This document shows, in pieces, positions 7,262 to 16,987 of a stretch of 64,000 nt of DNA. The position numbers and the translations under genes are program-made. The DNA is from a virus. Positions within the stretch are counted from its first letter, which is position 1; each line of letters opens with the position of its first letter. The notes beneath the pieces were generated by a model. That model had not been told where the DNA came from. It saw only the letters and a list, made by a program, of their open reading frames with translations, and made no database searches. The stretch covers positions 1 to 64,000 of the IMG/VR virus record IMGVR_UViG_3300046010_015054; one strand, written 5' to 3'.

Positions 7262-7657
7262 CTACATATTTTGAATAATTCGCGAAGAAGAATAATCTTC
7301 AATTCTATCAAAAAACACAAGGTCTTCAGCAATACCGATTCCAATAATCTTTCCATATTGCTCGATATAGTCACTACCGATTACGTGTATAGTGGGATTA
7401 TACGCCATCATAAGCTCACGTAGTTCGTCGTCGCTCGAGAATGCGAAAACTTCATCTACATATTTTATAGAACGTATAGCAAACATACGATCTTCTAAGG
7501 TATGAAACGGACGACCTTCTCCTTTTAAATTTGTAACCCTATCATCGGTATCTAACCCTACAGCAAGGTGATCTCCTTGTGCTTTAGCAAATTCGAGGAG
7601 TTTAATGTGTCCGGGATGAAGTACATCAAACGTTCCATTAACCCAAATTTTTTTCAT
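7262..7657 (-). CDS. cytidylyltransferase-like nucleotidyltransferase (RfaE/HldE domain II type)
   Basis: GTFDVLHPGH, KGEGRP, GSDY and YSSSRII motifs. Confidence 0.85.
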   Translation of the reverse strand: MKKIWVNGTFDVLHPGHIKLLEFAKAQGDHLAVGLDTDDRVTNLKGEGRPFHTLEDRMFAIRSIKYVDEVFAFSSDDELRELMMAYNPTIHVIGSDYIEQYGKIIGIGIAEDLVFFDRIEDYSSSRIIQNM

Positions 7658-7782
7658 GATTGACGTTCTTTCCAGTTACGATACATTTTAACGGCTACAG
7701 CAAATCGTTGCGGGTAAAACTTATAAGTTGGCTTTAAACGCGCCATAGCGATTCGCATAAATTGGTCTTGTTGAGATTCCAT
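7654..7782 (-). CDS. small hypothetical protein (42 aa)
   Basis: Read by hand: MESQQDQFMRIAMARLK...; ATGA overlap with the next gene. Confidence 0.5.
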   Translation of the reverse strand: MESQQDQFMRIAMARLKPTYKFYPQRFAVAVKMYRNWKERQS

Positions 7783-7784
7783 GT

Positions 7785-8468
7785 TTATTCAAAAATTACA
7801 TTAATGGTTGTATCTTTTGTAACTCGTAATCCAGAGTCATTATTAAACAACACACGAATAAATAGTTGAGCAGTATCGCCTACCATCTCGTTGTCAAGGA
7901 AAAACTGCTGTCTGGGGGCGTAATTATACTTGCTGTAAGTCCCTAATAAAGTCGGGGTGTACGGACAATCCCAGCACATGCGTTTTGGAATTTGATATCC
8001 TGCAATATTAAGTGGGGGGTGAAGCTGGGAAATTTCTTTAAGGGTATAAGTGCGAGAGCCGACGGGAAAAGGGATCTCGAAACTTCTATCCGAAAACCAA
8101 CTCATATACGAGTACATTGGAATCGTCCATTGCAACGTATCAAACACAACCCAATAATCCGTATCGTATTGAGTCTCGATTAGGGGAATTTTGTTCACTA
8201 CGTAATTCGGATTCAACTCCTCCAAATAACCTTGAATTGTGAAATAATTTAGACCACGAAATTTTACTCTCGTGTACCCGTTTCCGTCTGTGTAAGAACC
8301 GGGTGAAACAATCGTATCAACAAAAAAGTGCATATTACAATTCCCGTCGGGGCAAGGGTAAGCATATACTTTTTCTTTCTCACACGCTGTAATAAGAACA
8401 AACGCGATTGCTGCAATTATAGCTACAATAGCTGAAATTGCAAGGTCTGATTTAGTTTCTTGTTTCAT
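7785..8468 (-). CDS. putative lipoprotein
   Basis: Hydrophobic signal ending LITA-C-EKE. Confidence 0.7.
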   Translation of the reverse strand: MKQETKSDLAISAIVAIIAAIAFVLITACEKEKVYAYPCPDGNCNMHFFVDTIVSPGSYTDGNGYTRVKFRGLNYFTIQGYLEELNPNYVVNKIPLIETQYDTDYWVVFDTLQWTIPMYSYMSWFSDRSFEIPFPVGSRTYTLKEISQLHPPLNIAGYQIPKRMCWDCPYTPTLLGTYSKYNYAPRQQFFLDNEMVGDTAQLFIRVLFNNDSGLRVTKDTTINVIFE

Positions 8469-8471
8469 ATT

Positions 8472-9263
8472 TTATCCTGCATAAGCCATTGCTAACTCGT
8501 ACAACTCGCTATTAAGCTTGATATCTTGTTGAAAGTTCTTAATTTTGCGAGCTTTGCGGTTTTTCTTTCCGTTTTGGTAATTTACCATCCCGTGAATCAA
8601 CTTTTCTTGAACTACATTGTAGATACTCCACAAATCGTTTCCTTTATCTTCGGAGCGGGTAGGTTCTAAAAGCTCGTCCATGTTAAACGTTAAATTTTTA
8701 GTATCGAAACGCAAACCAAGAGCAGCAAGAGCAAACTTTTCTTTCTTTTCTTTATCCAACTGGGTTTGCTTAAAGCGATTCATGCATTCAACTGTCAATG
8801 GAAGTTTTTCTACCATTTCGTTGATTGTCTTTTGAAGTTCTTCAAAATCGTAACCCATGTGGCGAATTTTTAGGCTTGCGAAATCTTGATCACTAATAAC
8901 TAACCCATTTTCACACACCAAACGGAACAAACCTGCTGTAAAGGTAAACGCATTCTTTCCGTCGTGTGAATTTGTCAATAAGATACGGGGAAAAACTTTA
9001 TCGTTGTCGGTTCCTTCAATCACGATATCCGCATTTCCGAATACAACCAAGTGCTTTTGGTAACCCATTCCTTTACGGGCGCGAACTTGCTTTGCATCAA
9101 CTACTCCCCAACCTAAAGCACTCATATCGTCAATGATCTGCTCTGTTGAGATATGTTTGTAATGCTCACTTGTTTTACCACCTTTGTCTTTGGTGAAAAC
9201 ACTACTTGCGGCTTGACGAATTTCTTCTTTCGTCATGAATTTGTTTATCTTGATGTCTAACAT
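8472..9263 (-). CDS. DUF932/DUF945 family protein
   Basis: LTNSHDG, GLFRLVCENGLV, IRH and LWSIYNVVQE motifs. Confidence 0.85.
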   Translation of the reverse strand: MLDIKINKFMTKEEIRQAASSVFTKDKGGKTSEHYKHISTEQIIDDMSALGWGVVDAKQVRARKGMGYQKHLVVFGNADIVIEGTDNDKVFPRILLTNSHDGKNAFTFTAGLFRLVCENGLVISDQDFASLKIRHMGYDFEELQKTINEMVEKLPLTVECMNRFKQTQLDKEKKEKFALAALGLRFDTKNLTFNMDELLEPTRSEDKGNDLWSIYNVVQEKLIHGMVNYQNGKKNRKARKIKNFQQDIKLNSELYELAMAYAG

Positions 9264-9371
9264 AACCTGGTTTTTTAAATTAATTTTTTAATTTTAACGC
9301 GGTAAAGATATAAACGATTTCCTGCGCAGCCAAATTTCCTCTGCCGTAAAATCGCGTTCTTCACCCTTTTT

Positions 9372-9926
9372 TTATTTCATTTGAAACCCGTACCAAACTG
9401 AACGATATAATCCACTGTACTGTTCGTTTGAATTGCCGTACAACACACCATTCACAACTGCAAGAGCGTGACCTTCAACAACCAAAACAAACCGACCAAC
9501 TGGGTTACTTTCAATAAAAGATTTCACTGTAAAACCTGTTGGTTTTTTGTACTTAGGGTTAGCCAATATCTTTTTATTTGTAGAATTAGCAATATTCTTT
9601 TGCATCCAAGTTTTATCGGGATGAGCTCCAATAAAATTAATACGTCTACCATTTTTGATTTTACCAATAACGTTTTTACTGTATAAAAAAGTATAGGTAC
9701 CTTGACGATCTTGGCGCTTCATCTCTTTTTTAATGTAAGCGTGAGCTTGTTCGTATGGAAGATCTAATGCACACATGAAAGCACGAACCACACAATCGTT
9801 GGTTTCGCGTTTAGCTAAATCACTATTACTTTGAGCAAGAAAATTACTATCAACAAAATATTCTTGTTTGAATTGCTCGCGATATACCTCGCGGAACACA
9901 CTAACTTTTACTTTTTCTGTAATCAT
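9372..9926 (-). CDS. conserved phage hypothetical protein
   Basis: NDCVVRA...GHALAVVNG Cys/His pattern; start at MITEK after AGGTTATG leader. Confidence 0.6.
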   Translation of the reverse strand: MITEKVKVSVFREVYREQFKQEYFVDSNFLAQSNSDLAKRETNDCVVRAFMCALDLPYEQAHAYIKKEMKRQDRQGTYTFLYSKNVIGKIKNGRRINFIGAHPDKTWMQKNIANSTNKKILANPKYKKPTGFTVKSFIESNPVGRFVLVVEGHALAVVNGVLYGNSNEQYSGLYRSVWYGFQMK

Positions 9927-9989
9927 AACCTTTATTTCTTTGATATAAAGATACGAAACGGAATTCACCCAACCACATTATATACGGAT

Positions 9990-10320
9990 ATCCTTTGTCG
10001 ACGCGCAAATTTTTTTATTAGAGTCGAAATGCGCGGGGATGGGTATGTGGTGAAGGGGGTATAGGTAAATCTACATTTAATATATAAGTATATACGTTCG
10101 ATGCCTACTATCTATATTCGATCTATTTTTACATCCACTTTTACTATAGGTAGTGCCGGCCCCCGTATGGACATCAGCGCGCGTGGGTACCAACCACTAT
10201 AGTAGTACGTACGTACGCCCAACCCCCCTAGTAGGTACTGCCGGGGTAGTATAGATAGGATAGGGACGGGCACCCGAAGGTACCCGCCCCACCACCTAAC
10301 CAAATGTAACCCCTTTAGGT
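9990..10320. other. GC-rich non-coding block
   Basis: No credible ORF; G/C runs, six GTAC sites, motif shared with 11677-11703. Confidence 0.5.
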
Positions 10321-10322
10321 CA

Positions 10323-10661
10323 TCACTTGCTCTTAAACCAGCGTTTCCACACAATTGAATTTGTGAAGAGGGCCTGGCGTGCTTTTTGGCGTTGGCTTCT
10401 CATTTCAACCTGAGTATTCTCAGGATAACATTTAAATTGAAATGCCAGACGCTTTGTTGTAGGCACAATCGAGACATCACTCAACGCTACAAAGTCTCGG
10501 GCAGGGATTTTAGCAATAATGCCTGCGTCGTCCACAATCAGGTTTATGATTACTTCCCCACCTTTGGTTTCGCTATTGAAGATACGATCCTCCTCAACAT
10601 TGAATTGATAGCGCCCTTGAGTGGTTACACCCTCAGTTGAGCAATAAATCTCGTGTGCCAT
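10323..10661 (-). CDS. hypothetical protein
   Basis: 112-aa ORF coupled to the upstream gene. Confidence 0.65.
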   Translation of the reverse strand: MAHEIYCSTEGVTTQGRYQFNVEEDRIFNSETKGGEVIINLIVDDAGIIAKIPARDFVALSDVSIVPTTKRLAFQFKCYPENTQVEMRSQRQKARQALFTNSIVWKRWFKSK

Positions 10662-10882
10662 TACTTCTTCTTAGATTTCTTGGTTGATGATACTTCCATC
10701 GCATCGAACACCTCCATCGGTACCTGCTTTGGGGCTTGTAAAACGGGGGCTGTCTTAGACGGGCGACCACGCTTTACTTCCATTCCGGCTGCACGTTTGG
10801 CTTCCCAAGCGGTCAAGCGGGCTTGACGTGCACTTGAAGGATTGATCTTACGACCACGGGATTTAACAACTAACTCACTCAT
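10661..10882 (-). CDS. small basic protein with AT-hook-like motif
   Basis: SRGRK and KRGRP motifs, Lys-rich tail; own promoter. Confidence 0.65.
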   Translation of the reverse strand: MSELVVKSRGRKINPSSARQARLTAWEAKRAAGMEVKRGRPSKTAPVLQAPKQVPMEVFDAMEVSSTKKSKKK

Positions 10883-10965
10883 AACTAATTAAATTAAATA
10901 AAATTAAACAAATCGTTCAATGGGGTAAAATTACGAAACGGGTTTGGGGTAACCAAACCCCTCCT

Positions 10966-11553
10966 TTAGGCTTTTAAAGGCTTTAAAGAACTGCGGTAGC
11001 GGTAGTGTAAGCACTGAACATCACCCCCACACAACGTTCCGAATGATTTAAATTTCATCTGTTCGTTTATGATTGCTGTTACTTCAGCTCCGTCTCCACC
11101 TACGCTTACCTGAATATTATTAGCAGACATATCGTTGGTAATGTCTTTAGCTAGGGCACGGTTTAATTTAACCATGTTCGCCCCAATAAATGCTTCGCGG
11201 TACTTAGCTTCCCAATTACCCATCATCATGGTTCTCAAATCGTTCACCATGTACATCAAGTCTTTATAGTAACTCATTTCTGTCCGTCCGCGGTAATCAC
11301 TAGGGTAGGCAACGGGTAATTCATATTGATTCAACTCCCGATTATATGTTTTAAACTGGGTCATGTAAATGTATTTGTGGGCGGATTGATAGGTATCAAC
11401 TTGATTACCATAACCACTTCTAAGCTCATTACCGTCAATGCTCATCCACTCCAGGAATTCATTGTAACGTTCCTTCATGGTGTTGATCTGGCGATCGGCT
11501 AATTGCTCAACAATCACCTTCGCTTCGTTCTGGATTTCATTTAATGCGTTCAT
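10966..11553 (-). CDS. hypothetical protein
   Basis: 195-aa ORF with AGGTTATG leader and promoter; ends CGGDVQCLHYRY. Confidence 0.75.
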   Translation of the reverse strand: MNALNEIQNEAKVIVEQLADRQINTMKERYNEFLEWMSIDGNELRSGYGNQVDTYQSAHKYIYMTQFKTYNRELNQYELPVAYPSDYRGRTEMSYYKDLMYMVNDLRTMMMGNWEAKYREAFIGANMVKLNRALAKDITNDMSANNIQVSVGGDGAEVTAIINEQMKFKSFGTLCGGDVQCLHYRYRSSLKPLKA

Positions 11554-11883
11554 AACCTTGATTTTAATCGTTTTTTTAATTCAACGCCATAAATGTATGA
11601 ACGGATCATTGCGCAACCAAATTTTTCATGCAATTTTTTGCGGGGCGGGTCGCGATTCTCACCCGATTTGTATATACTTTTAACTATAGGTAAGATCCGG
11701 GGCACTCCCTGTAAAAAGGTTGACTACCCTCCACTCCCGTGTCATCTCATATATCAATATCTTGACACATACACATATCCAAACATCCATATCTCACAAT
11801 ATACGGATAGGACAGGTCACATTACTCAACCACCCACATCAGGGTCATCCCCGTATAATGGTGTTATGTTTTATAGTATCAAT

Positions 11884-12192
11884 TTACAGGGGCAGGACAC
11901 GTAGTTCCACATCCACGTATTCCCTCAAATGAGATACGAACGTAGGCCACGTGATTCTCTCCAATTGCTCCAGTTTGATGTAATGGATGTTCTCGATCGT
12001 GACCGTCTCACACCATAGATCCATCCGCGGGATGAGACCTTCGTACTCGTTCCGTTTCATGAACCGACGCACGTGCGATTTATTAAGAAGCATTCCCGTC
12101 GTGATTTGAGCTGGAGTTATTGCCGTATCGCCTTTATATTCTTGCCCCCATGAAGTGCTGTTTATGAGTTCCATGATGTTAGAATCCCTCAT
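11884..12192 (-). CDS. hypothetical protein
   Basis: ORF in a tightly packed run. Confidence 0.6.
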   Translation of the reverse strand: MRDSNIMELINSTSWGQEYKGDTAITPAQITTGMLLNKSHVRRFMKRNEYEGLIPRMDLWCETVTIENIHYIKLEQLERITWPTFVSHLREYVDVELRVLPL

Positions 12193-12397
12193 AAAAGTCT
12201 GTTAATTCATTTTGCTCGCGGGCTGTTTCAAACGCCTCAAGAATGTCATCCACATTTGAGGGTTCTTGACCTTCACTATCGAATACTTCAATCTCGTAAT
12301 TCATCATGTTTTCGGTTTCATCAATGGTGTAGTAGTTACCTTCATAGATGAACTCATAAGTGAGTTTTTTAGATACCAATGAACCTTTATTTTCCAT
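12179..12397 (-). CDS. small acidic hypothetical protein
   Basis: 72-aa ORF with AAGTTATG leader. Confidence 0.65.
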   Translation of the reverse strand: MENKGSLVSKKLTYEFIYEGNYYTIDETENMMNYEIEVFDSEGQEPSNVDDILEAFETAREQNELTDFYEGF

Positions 12398-12423
12398 AAC
12401 TTGTTTTTTTAATAATTAAATAA

Positions 12424-12684
12424 TCAATCGTTGTAGAGCTCAAAAATTACTTTGTTCGCTTTATCCATTATTCGAACAGCATTCCAATCATCTAAGCTAC
12501 CTACTCGGTATTCAACGTCTGCGTTTACATCATAGCGATAGATATCGTCTGAGCTGCCACCAAAATAACATAGAATTTTATATTCATCCTCTGTGTGACC
12601 AATGAATGTGAACGTGTATTTGTAATAGTGAGAAAAGCGTAGTAATGTGTTACCGAATTTCTCCTGTACTTGTTCTTTATTCAT
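12424..12684 (-). CDS. hypothetical protein
   Basis: ATG lies in junction repeat copy 1. Confidence 0.7.
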   Translation of the reverse strand: MNKEQVQEKFGNTLLRFSHYYKYTFTFIGHTEDEYKILCYFGGSSDDIYRYDVNADVEYRVGSLDDWNAVRIMDKANKVIFELYND

Positions 12685-12713
12685 TTTATTTGGTGTTAAA
12701 GGTTACTGTTTGT

Positions 12714-12926
12714 CTATAAGTAATTTAAATCTTCAGCTAACCCAACAACCTCAAAGCACCACTTCATTTGGGGTTTATTCATCTGCAAAACATTGTCGTT
12801 AAGTGGTTGGCCGCAGCCGTAAAACTTGCCTATTATTTTGGATTTAAGTTTTTTGTTCTCCTCAAGCATTTCTTTGTATTTCTCGATTTCGAGCTGTTGC
12901 TTTACAATTAATTCATCTTTTTTCAT
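12714..12926 (-). CDS. hypothetical protein
   Basis: ATG in junction repeat copy 2. Confidence 0.7.
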   Translation of the reverse strand: MKKDELIVKQQLEIEKYKEMLEENKKLKSKIIGKFYGCGQPLNDNVLQMNKPQMKWCFEVVGLAEDLNYL

Positions 12927-13138
12927 TTCTCTGTGGTGTTAAAGGTTTCGTTGTAGTATTCCTCACATTGAGAACCGACTGTTGGAACCCACTGTCCGCC
13001 ATCCCAATAGGCATTTTCAATTTCTTCCTTGTGCATTGCTTTGGCTTGTTCTAAAATTGCTCCAATGGCAAGTTGATTACCACTTGGGATTAGTTTTTCC
13101 AATTGACTAGCTACCCATTCAATACTGCTCTGTTTCAT
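12923..13138 (-). CDS. hypothetical phage protein
   Basis: MKQSSIEW...AKAMHKEEIENAY...YYNETF; starts and ends in junction repeats. Confidence 0.75.
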   Translation of the reverse strand: MKQSSIEWVASQLEKLIPSGNQLAIGAILEQAKAMHKEEIENAYWDGGQWVPTVGSQCEEYYNETFNTTEK

Positions 13139-13160
13139 TTCTCTTAAGTGTTAAAGATTA

Positions 13161-13451
13161 TTAATCGTTTTCTTTACTAAATTGACCTAACATTTTTACT
13201 ACTAATTCAGCCATCTTGATCTTGTCATCCACTTCACTTTGAATACGACCAATCAAATAACCAGCTAAAACGAGTTTTTTCTCATAGGCAGATAATTTAA
13301 TACTTGAATTCAACTCTTCACGTTGAGTGTAAAATGCCATAATTAATAGAGCATCTGAAATTGTTTCTTGCTCATCATAGGTTTCTCGAGCTACTTTAAG
13401 CATAGCATCAAAGCATTCCTCCTCCAAACCTAAACCATCAGTAATAGTCAT
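13161..13451 (-). CDS. hypothetical protein
   Basis: Start moved to MTITDG after AGGTTATG leader and promoter. Confidence 0.65.
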   Translation of the reverse strand: MTITDGLGLEEECFDAMLKVARETYDEQETISDALLIMAFYTQREELNSSIKLSAYEKKLVLAGYLIGRIQSEVDDKIKMAELVVKMLGQFSKEND

Positions 13452-13559
13452 AACCTTAATTGTTGGGGGTTTAATTAGATTTCCAACACCATAAATGTAC
13501 AAAAGGAATTTGACGCAACCACATATGAAACGTCTTTTTTAATCCGTTTTTACCTGTTT

Positions 13560-14192
13560 TTAACCAATGATTTTGAAATTTAGAGCAATGGTTACTCTTA
13601 GATCATCACTATTATTCCTATAAATAACATGATCTAAATGAGAAGGAAATATAATAAAATCACCCTCATTAATTTGTGGTGTAAACACTTCTTGATATAA
13701 AGAATGCTCTGGATTTGTTTCCTGTAAATTTTTAATTACAGGGTCACTTAAACTTTTATAATATTTAGCTTCATTTAATCTTGGATTAATAAAGGTAGTA
13801 CCTGTATGAACTTGAGGATTAAATTTAAAATAATGTACAGCTGAAAAGTCACAAGCTATATGATTATGCTGCATTCCATCTTGTCCCTTACCATAAACAT
13901 TATACCAAATATTATCTATAATTTCCCAACTTCTACCTGCACCAAAAAATTCAAGGCAAAATTGATCTATATAGTATTGATAAATGGAGAAAAAATGTTC
14001 CCAATTAATTTGATATGGTAGTTGTTCATTATCATTTTTACCAAATGAAGTATGAACATTCCAATCATATGAATGGTGTGGGAATGCCTTATAATTAATC
14101 AGCATAGCTTCAAGATGAATTTGTTTTAAAAATTCAGTCTCAGCTATATTTGTTTTATAATAAAATGGAGAAAATAAATTAACTCTTTCCAC
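13560..14192 (-). CDS. 2OG-Fe(II) oxygenase (TIGR02466-like)
   Basis: WYNVY, HNH, FSAVHY, IFPSHLDH, RVTIALN. Confidence 0.8.
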   Translation of the reverse strand: MERVNLFSPFYYKTNIAETEFLKQIHLEAMLINYKAFPHHSYDWNVHTSFGKNDNEQLPYQINWEHFFSIYQYYIDQFCLEFFGAGRSWEIIDNIWYNVYGKGQDGMQHNHIACDFSAVHYFKFNPQVHTGTTFINPRLNEAKYYKSLSDPVIKNLQETNPEHSLYQEVFTPQINEGDFIIFPSHLDHVIYRNNSDDLRVTIALNFKIIG

Positions 14193-14356
14193 TAAAAAGA
14201 CAAGAAATTTTGCTTATAATGTTCAATAAAATACCTCTCAGTCATAATACGAGAAGTATTTTTATGCTTTAGGGCTTGTTTTTGATTTTTATATCTATAA
14301 ATTTTACCCCACTCATCAATTACAACCCAAGGTTCATTTTCAATCTTGTTTGCCAT
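14192..14356 (-). CDS. small hypothetical protein
   Basis: Start at MANKIE; packed between neighbours. Confidence 0.5.
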   Translation of the reverse strand: MANKIENEPWVVIDEWGKIYRYKNQKQALKHKNTSRIMTERYFIEHYKQNFLSF

Positions 14357-14771
14357 AACGATTATAATAAAATTCAACTAAACTTTTTAGATGTTTGTTT
14401 TCTTGCTCTAAAAAATTAACTCTTGCTTCTAATTTTCTAATTTCTTCAGTTAAAATAATAGGATCTCTTAAAGGTAATTTTCTATTAGTTAATTTAGGTA
14501 CTTTTTCAAGATGCTTTTTAGCTACTTTAAAATAATGAACATATTCATCAGAAAAATTAACATTAGCTTGGTGATGTTTAGTTGCATGACAGACAGTAGA
14601 GTGATCTCGATCCCACATTCCACCTAAAATTTTAGCTGTAGATAAACCTCGACTAGCACAGATAAAAGCATTTCTTACAAATACATTAGTTCTTTCTCTT
14701 GAATTTAGTGATTTAAATTCCATACCTAATTCTTGTAAGTAATTGTTTTTAGCTATTTTAAGCTGTTTCAT
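14340..14771 (-). CDS. DnaA C-terminal (domain IV)-like HTH protein with coiled coil
   Basis: LGGMWDRDHSTVCHA matches the DnaA signature RDHTTV.HA. Confidence 0.65.
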   Translation of the reverse strand: MKQLKIAKNNYLQELGMEFKSLNSRERTNVFVRNAFICASRGLSTAKILGGMWDRDHSTVCHATKHHQANVNFSDEYVHYFKVAKKHLEKVPKLTNRKLPLRDPIILTEEIRKLEARVNFLEQENKHLKSLVEFYYNRYGKQD

Positions 14772-15018
14772 CTGTGTTAAGCTTTACAATTTTAACTAAT
14801 TCTTCTAAATCACCTGAACCTTTAATTTTAAGAGTATCCGAGTCAAAAATAGAACACCACCATCCTTCTTTTTCAGCCTCATCATTAGCATTTGAGATAA
14901 GACAAATATCACCAATATCTAAAGTATAGTAATAAAAATCATTATCGTGACCTGATTCTTCTATCGGAACATCATTACGTTCAAAACCCAATTTTTCAAA
15001 AATTTCCTCAGTCATCAT
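14758..15018 (-). CDS. hypothetical protein
   Basis: Start at MMTEE; KLGFE motif. Confidence 0.6.
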   Translation of the reverse strand: MMTEEIFEKLGFERNDVPIEESGHDNDFYYYTLDIGDICLISNANDEAEKEGWWCSIFDSDTLKIKGSGDLEELVKIVKLNTDETA

Positions 15019-15170
15019 TAACATTTTATATGTCCCCAAGATACGGAAAATCCCCAACGTCCCCAAATTACGTCTACACAATAATTACCAAATAATAATT
15101 TATCGTAAGTGTATTTGATAGTTGGAGTTATAAAAAACTCGTACAACTGCTCGTAACGTTCAATTTTCAT
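15018..15170 (-). CDS. small hypothetical protein
   Basis: Start at MKIERY; contains a promoter-like motif, so uncertain. Confidence 0.4.
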   Translation of the reverse strand: MKIERYEQLYEFFITPTIKYTYDKLLFGNYCVDVIWGRWGFSVSWGHIKC

Positions 15171-15171
15171 T

Positions 15172-15372
15172 TCAAGGAAAAAATTTAGTTTCTTCAAAAG
15201 TAAATAATAGTGTTCCATCTGGTTTGTCCCATTCATCTAAGCCTTCAACAAAACCGCAAAATTTATATTCTGAAAAATTATTTGTTTCGTTAACTTTAAT
15301 AATTTCAATTTCGTTTAAAAGAAATTCAATAGGCAGTTCCTCAATTGCCATTTTAAGTTCGAGTAGGGTCAT
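15172..15372 (-). CDS. hypothetical protein
   Basis: 66-aa ORF, overlapping stop/start. Confidence 0.55.
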   Translation of the reverse strand: MTLLELKMAIEELPIEFLLNEIEIIKVNETNNFSEYKFCGFVEGLDEWDKPDGTLLFTFEETKFFP

Positions 15373-16085
15373 AACTTAGTTTTTTTTCTCCACTTTCCAT
15401 TTTTATTTTCAAGTAAATCTAAATATTCTTCTTTAATTACCCAACCCTGAGTTTGAAAATTTAATCCTCTACTAACACGCGCAGCATTACCTTCATCTAC
15501 AATAGGATACTTTTTAACTAAATGGCGGGCATATCCAAAAAATGGTTCATAATCATTATGATACCACCATCTTTCTAATTCTGGGTCTTTACTTTTTTTA
15601 CGTTCACCTATTTGGGTTAGATCAACTTTACCTTTATCTTGGTAAATCTCCAAAGCTTCAATATAGCGATTTTTTACTAATCCAGGATTAACAGGTTGTT
15701 TAATATGGATAGTTTTATTATCCAAAATATCTTTAATAGGATCTAAGTAAGCATTTGAAATATGAAGATCAATTTGATCATAGTTATCTTTTAACCAATC
15801 AAATTGTTTTTTTACTTTTTCAACCCATTTTTTTAATTGTTCTCCCTCTAACCTATTAACTACTTTAAGTCGAGCTCCTTTAGCTAATGTAGTTTCATAG
15901 GGTTCAATTATTTTCTTAGGTGAAATTAAACCATATTTAGATGATAAAATTAAATAATCATCATAATATTCTTTAATAAAATTTACCTGATATCTAAACT
16001 GAAAGGAAATATCATACATCTCCTCAGCAGTACATTTATATTTTTGTTTTTTGGCTTTACAATTTATTATTGCTAATCTTGACAT
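15369..16085 (-). CDS. DUF6884-like protein
   Basis: IINCKAKK..A..MY, ILSSKYGLI.P..IEPYE.TL. Confidence 0.7.
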   Translation of the reverse strand: MSRLAIINCKAKKQKYKCTAEEMYDISFQFRYQVNFIKEYYDDYLILSSKYGLISPKKIIEPYETTLAKGARLKVVNRLEGEQLKKWVEKVKKQFDWLKDNYDQIDLHISNAYLDPIKDILDNKTIHIKQPVNPGLVKNRYIEALEIYQDKGKVDLTQIGERKKSKDPELERWWYHNDYEPFFGYARHLVKKYPIVDEGNAARVSRGLNFQTQGWVIKEEYLDLLENKNGKWRKKTKL

Positions 16086-16636
16086 AATATACGAGCTCTT
16101 TCTAATCTTTCTTGTAAATCTAAATGTACGAACTCTTTAGCAGATAATCCCTTTGAAGATGGCCTTGTTCCTTTATTATTGAAATTAAATGGTGGTTCTT
16201 TTTGGTTTTTACTTTTATATAATTCTATATAACGTGATTCTTCCGGTACGGAATCGACTATCTCATCTCTAACCAGTTCGCCGTTAAATAAATATTCTCT
16301 ATAAATTGGAGGTGAAACTAAAGCATAAAGATCAATAGTAAATCCACTATTCAACAATTCTAAAATAGTAGGTTGCATTTTTTTATCATGTGCGCCTGGT
16401 GTTCCTTTATCACCATTAGAGGTTGCTCTGACTCTAGATTCTAAACCCCCCAAACCATCTGTAGAGCCAATTTTTAATATCTTACCCGTTTTTTCTGAAA
16501 CATAAAAATAGACTGAAAAGTTTCTATTTTTATAAAGAGGATTATTTTCCAAAAACAACCACTTCCATCCTGTTTCCGTCTTAATAGCTTTTGCTACCTT
16601 TTTTGGAGAAGGATTGTTTAAATCATCTATTTTCAT
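16073..16636 (-). CDS. GIY-YIG-like nuclease
   Basis: SVYFY...ILKIGST..GL.SR, late E..YI, PPFN. Confidence 0.55.
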   Translation of the reverse strand: MKIDDLNNPSPKKVAKAIKTETGWKWLFLENNPLYKNRNFSVYFYVSEKTGKILKIGSTDGLGGLESRVRATSNGDKGTPGAHDKKMQPTILELLNSGFTIDLYALVSPPIYREYLFNGELVRDEIVDSVPEESRYIELYKSKNQKEPPFNFNNKGTRPSSKGLSAKEFVHLDLQERLERARILCQD

Positions 16637-16693
16637 AACCTTTATTTTTAATTACCCCTAAATATACGACCCGTTCTTCAGGTCTCCAAATCT

Positions 16694-16987
16694 TTATTTC
16701 CAATCACTATATTTAAGCCCCCATTGCAAATTAACCCATTGCATTTCTTTCTCAGCTAAGGTTTTATTCAATTTGAGGTTTTTACGCAGATAATCTACAC
16801 CCCAAACTTTCCATTCATCAGCTTGAGCTGTAGTCATAGTCCATTCGGTCCACCAATTGTCCTTACGACCTTTGATATCTTCATAGGTAACATTGTGACC
16901 CGCAATAATAAACATTTGATTAAGCAGGTCAATTACTGCCTGCTCTCGTTTCTGATCTCTGGTTAATCGCTTGCGTTTAGCTTCCAT
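16694..16987 (-). CDS. hypothetical protein (Trp-rich)
   Basis: 97-aa ORF. Confidence 0.7.
   Translation of the reverse strand: MEAKRKRLTRDQKREQAVIDLLNQMFIIAGHNVTYEDIKGRKDNWWTEWTMTTAQADEWKVWGVDYLRKNLKLNKTLAEKEMQWVNLQWGLKYSDWK

Larger units (their letters stand above)
12682..13159 (-). repeat. junction repeat cluster 1 (3 copies: 12682-12704, 12924-12947, 13136-13159)
   Basis: AACCTTTAACACCAAATAAAATG / AACCTTTAACACCACAGAGAAATG / AATCTTTAACACTTAAGAGAAATG. Confidence 0.85.

Noticed and set aside
9831-11932. ORFs 9831-10064, 10112-10354, 11593-11904 and 11720-11932
   Set aside because: Atypical composition, no leader motif, and overlap with promoters; treated as non-coding.
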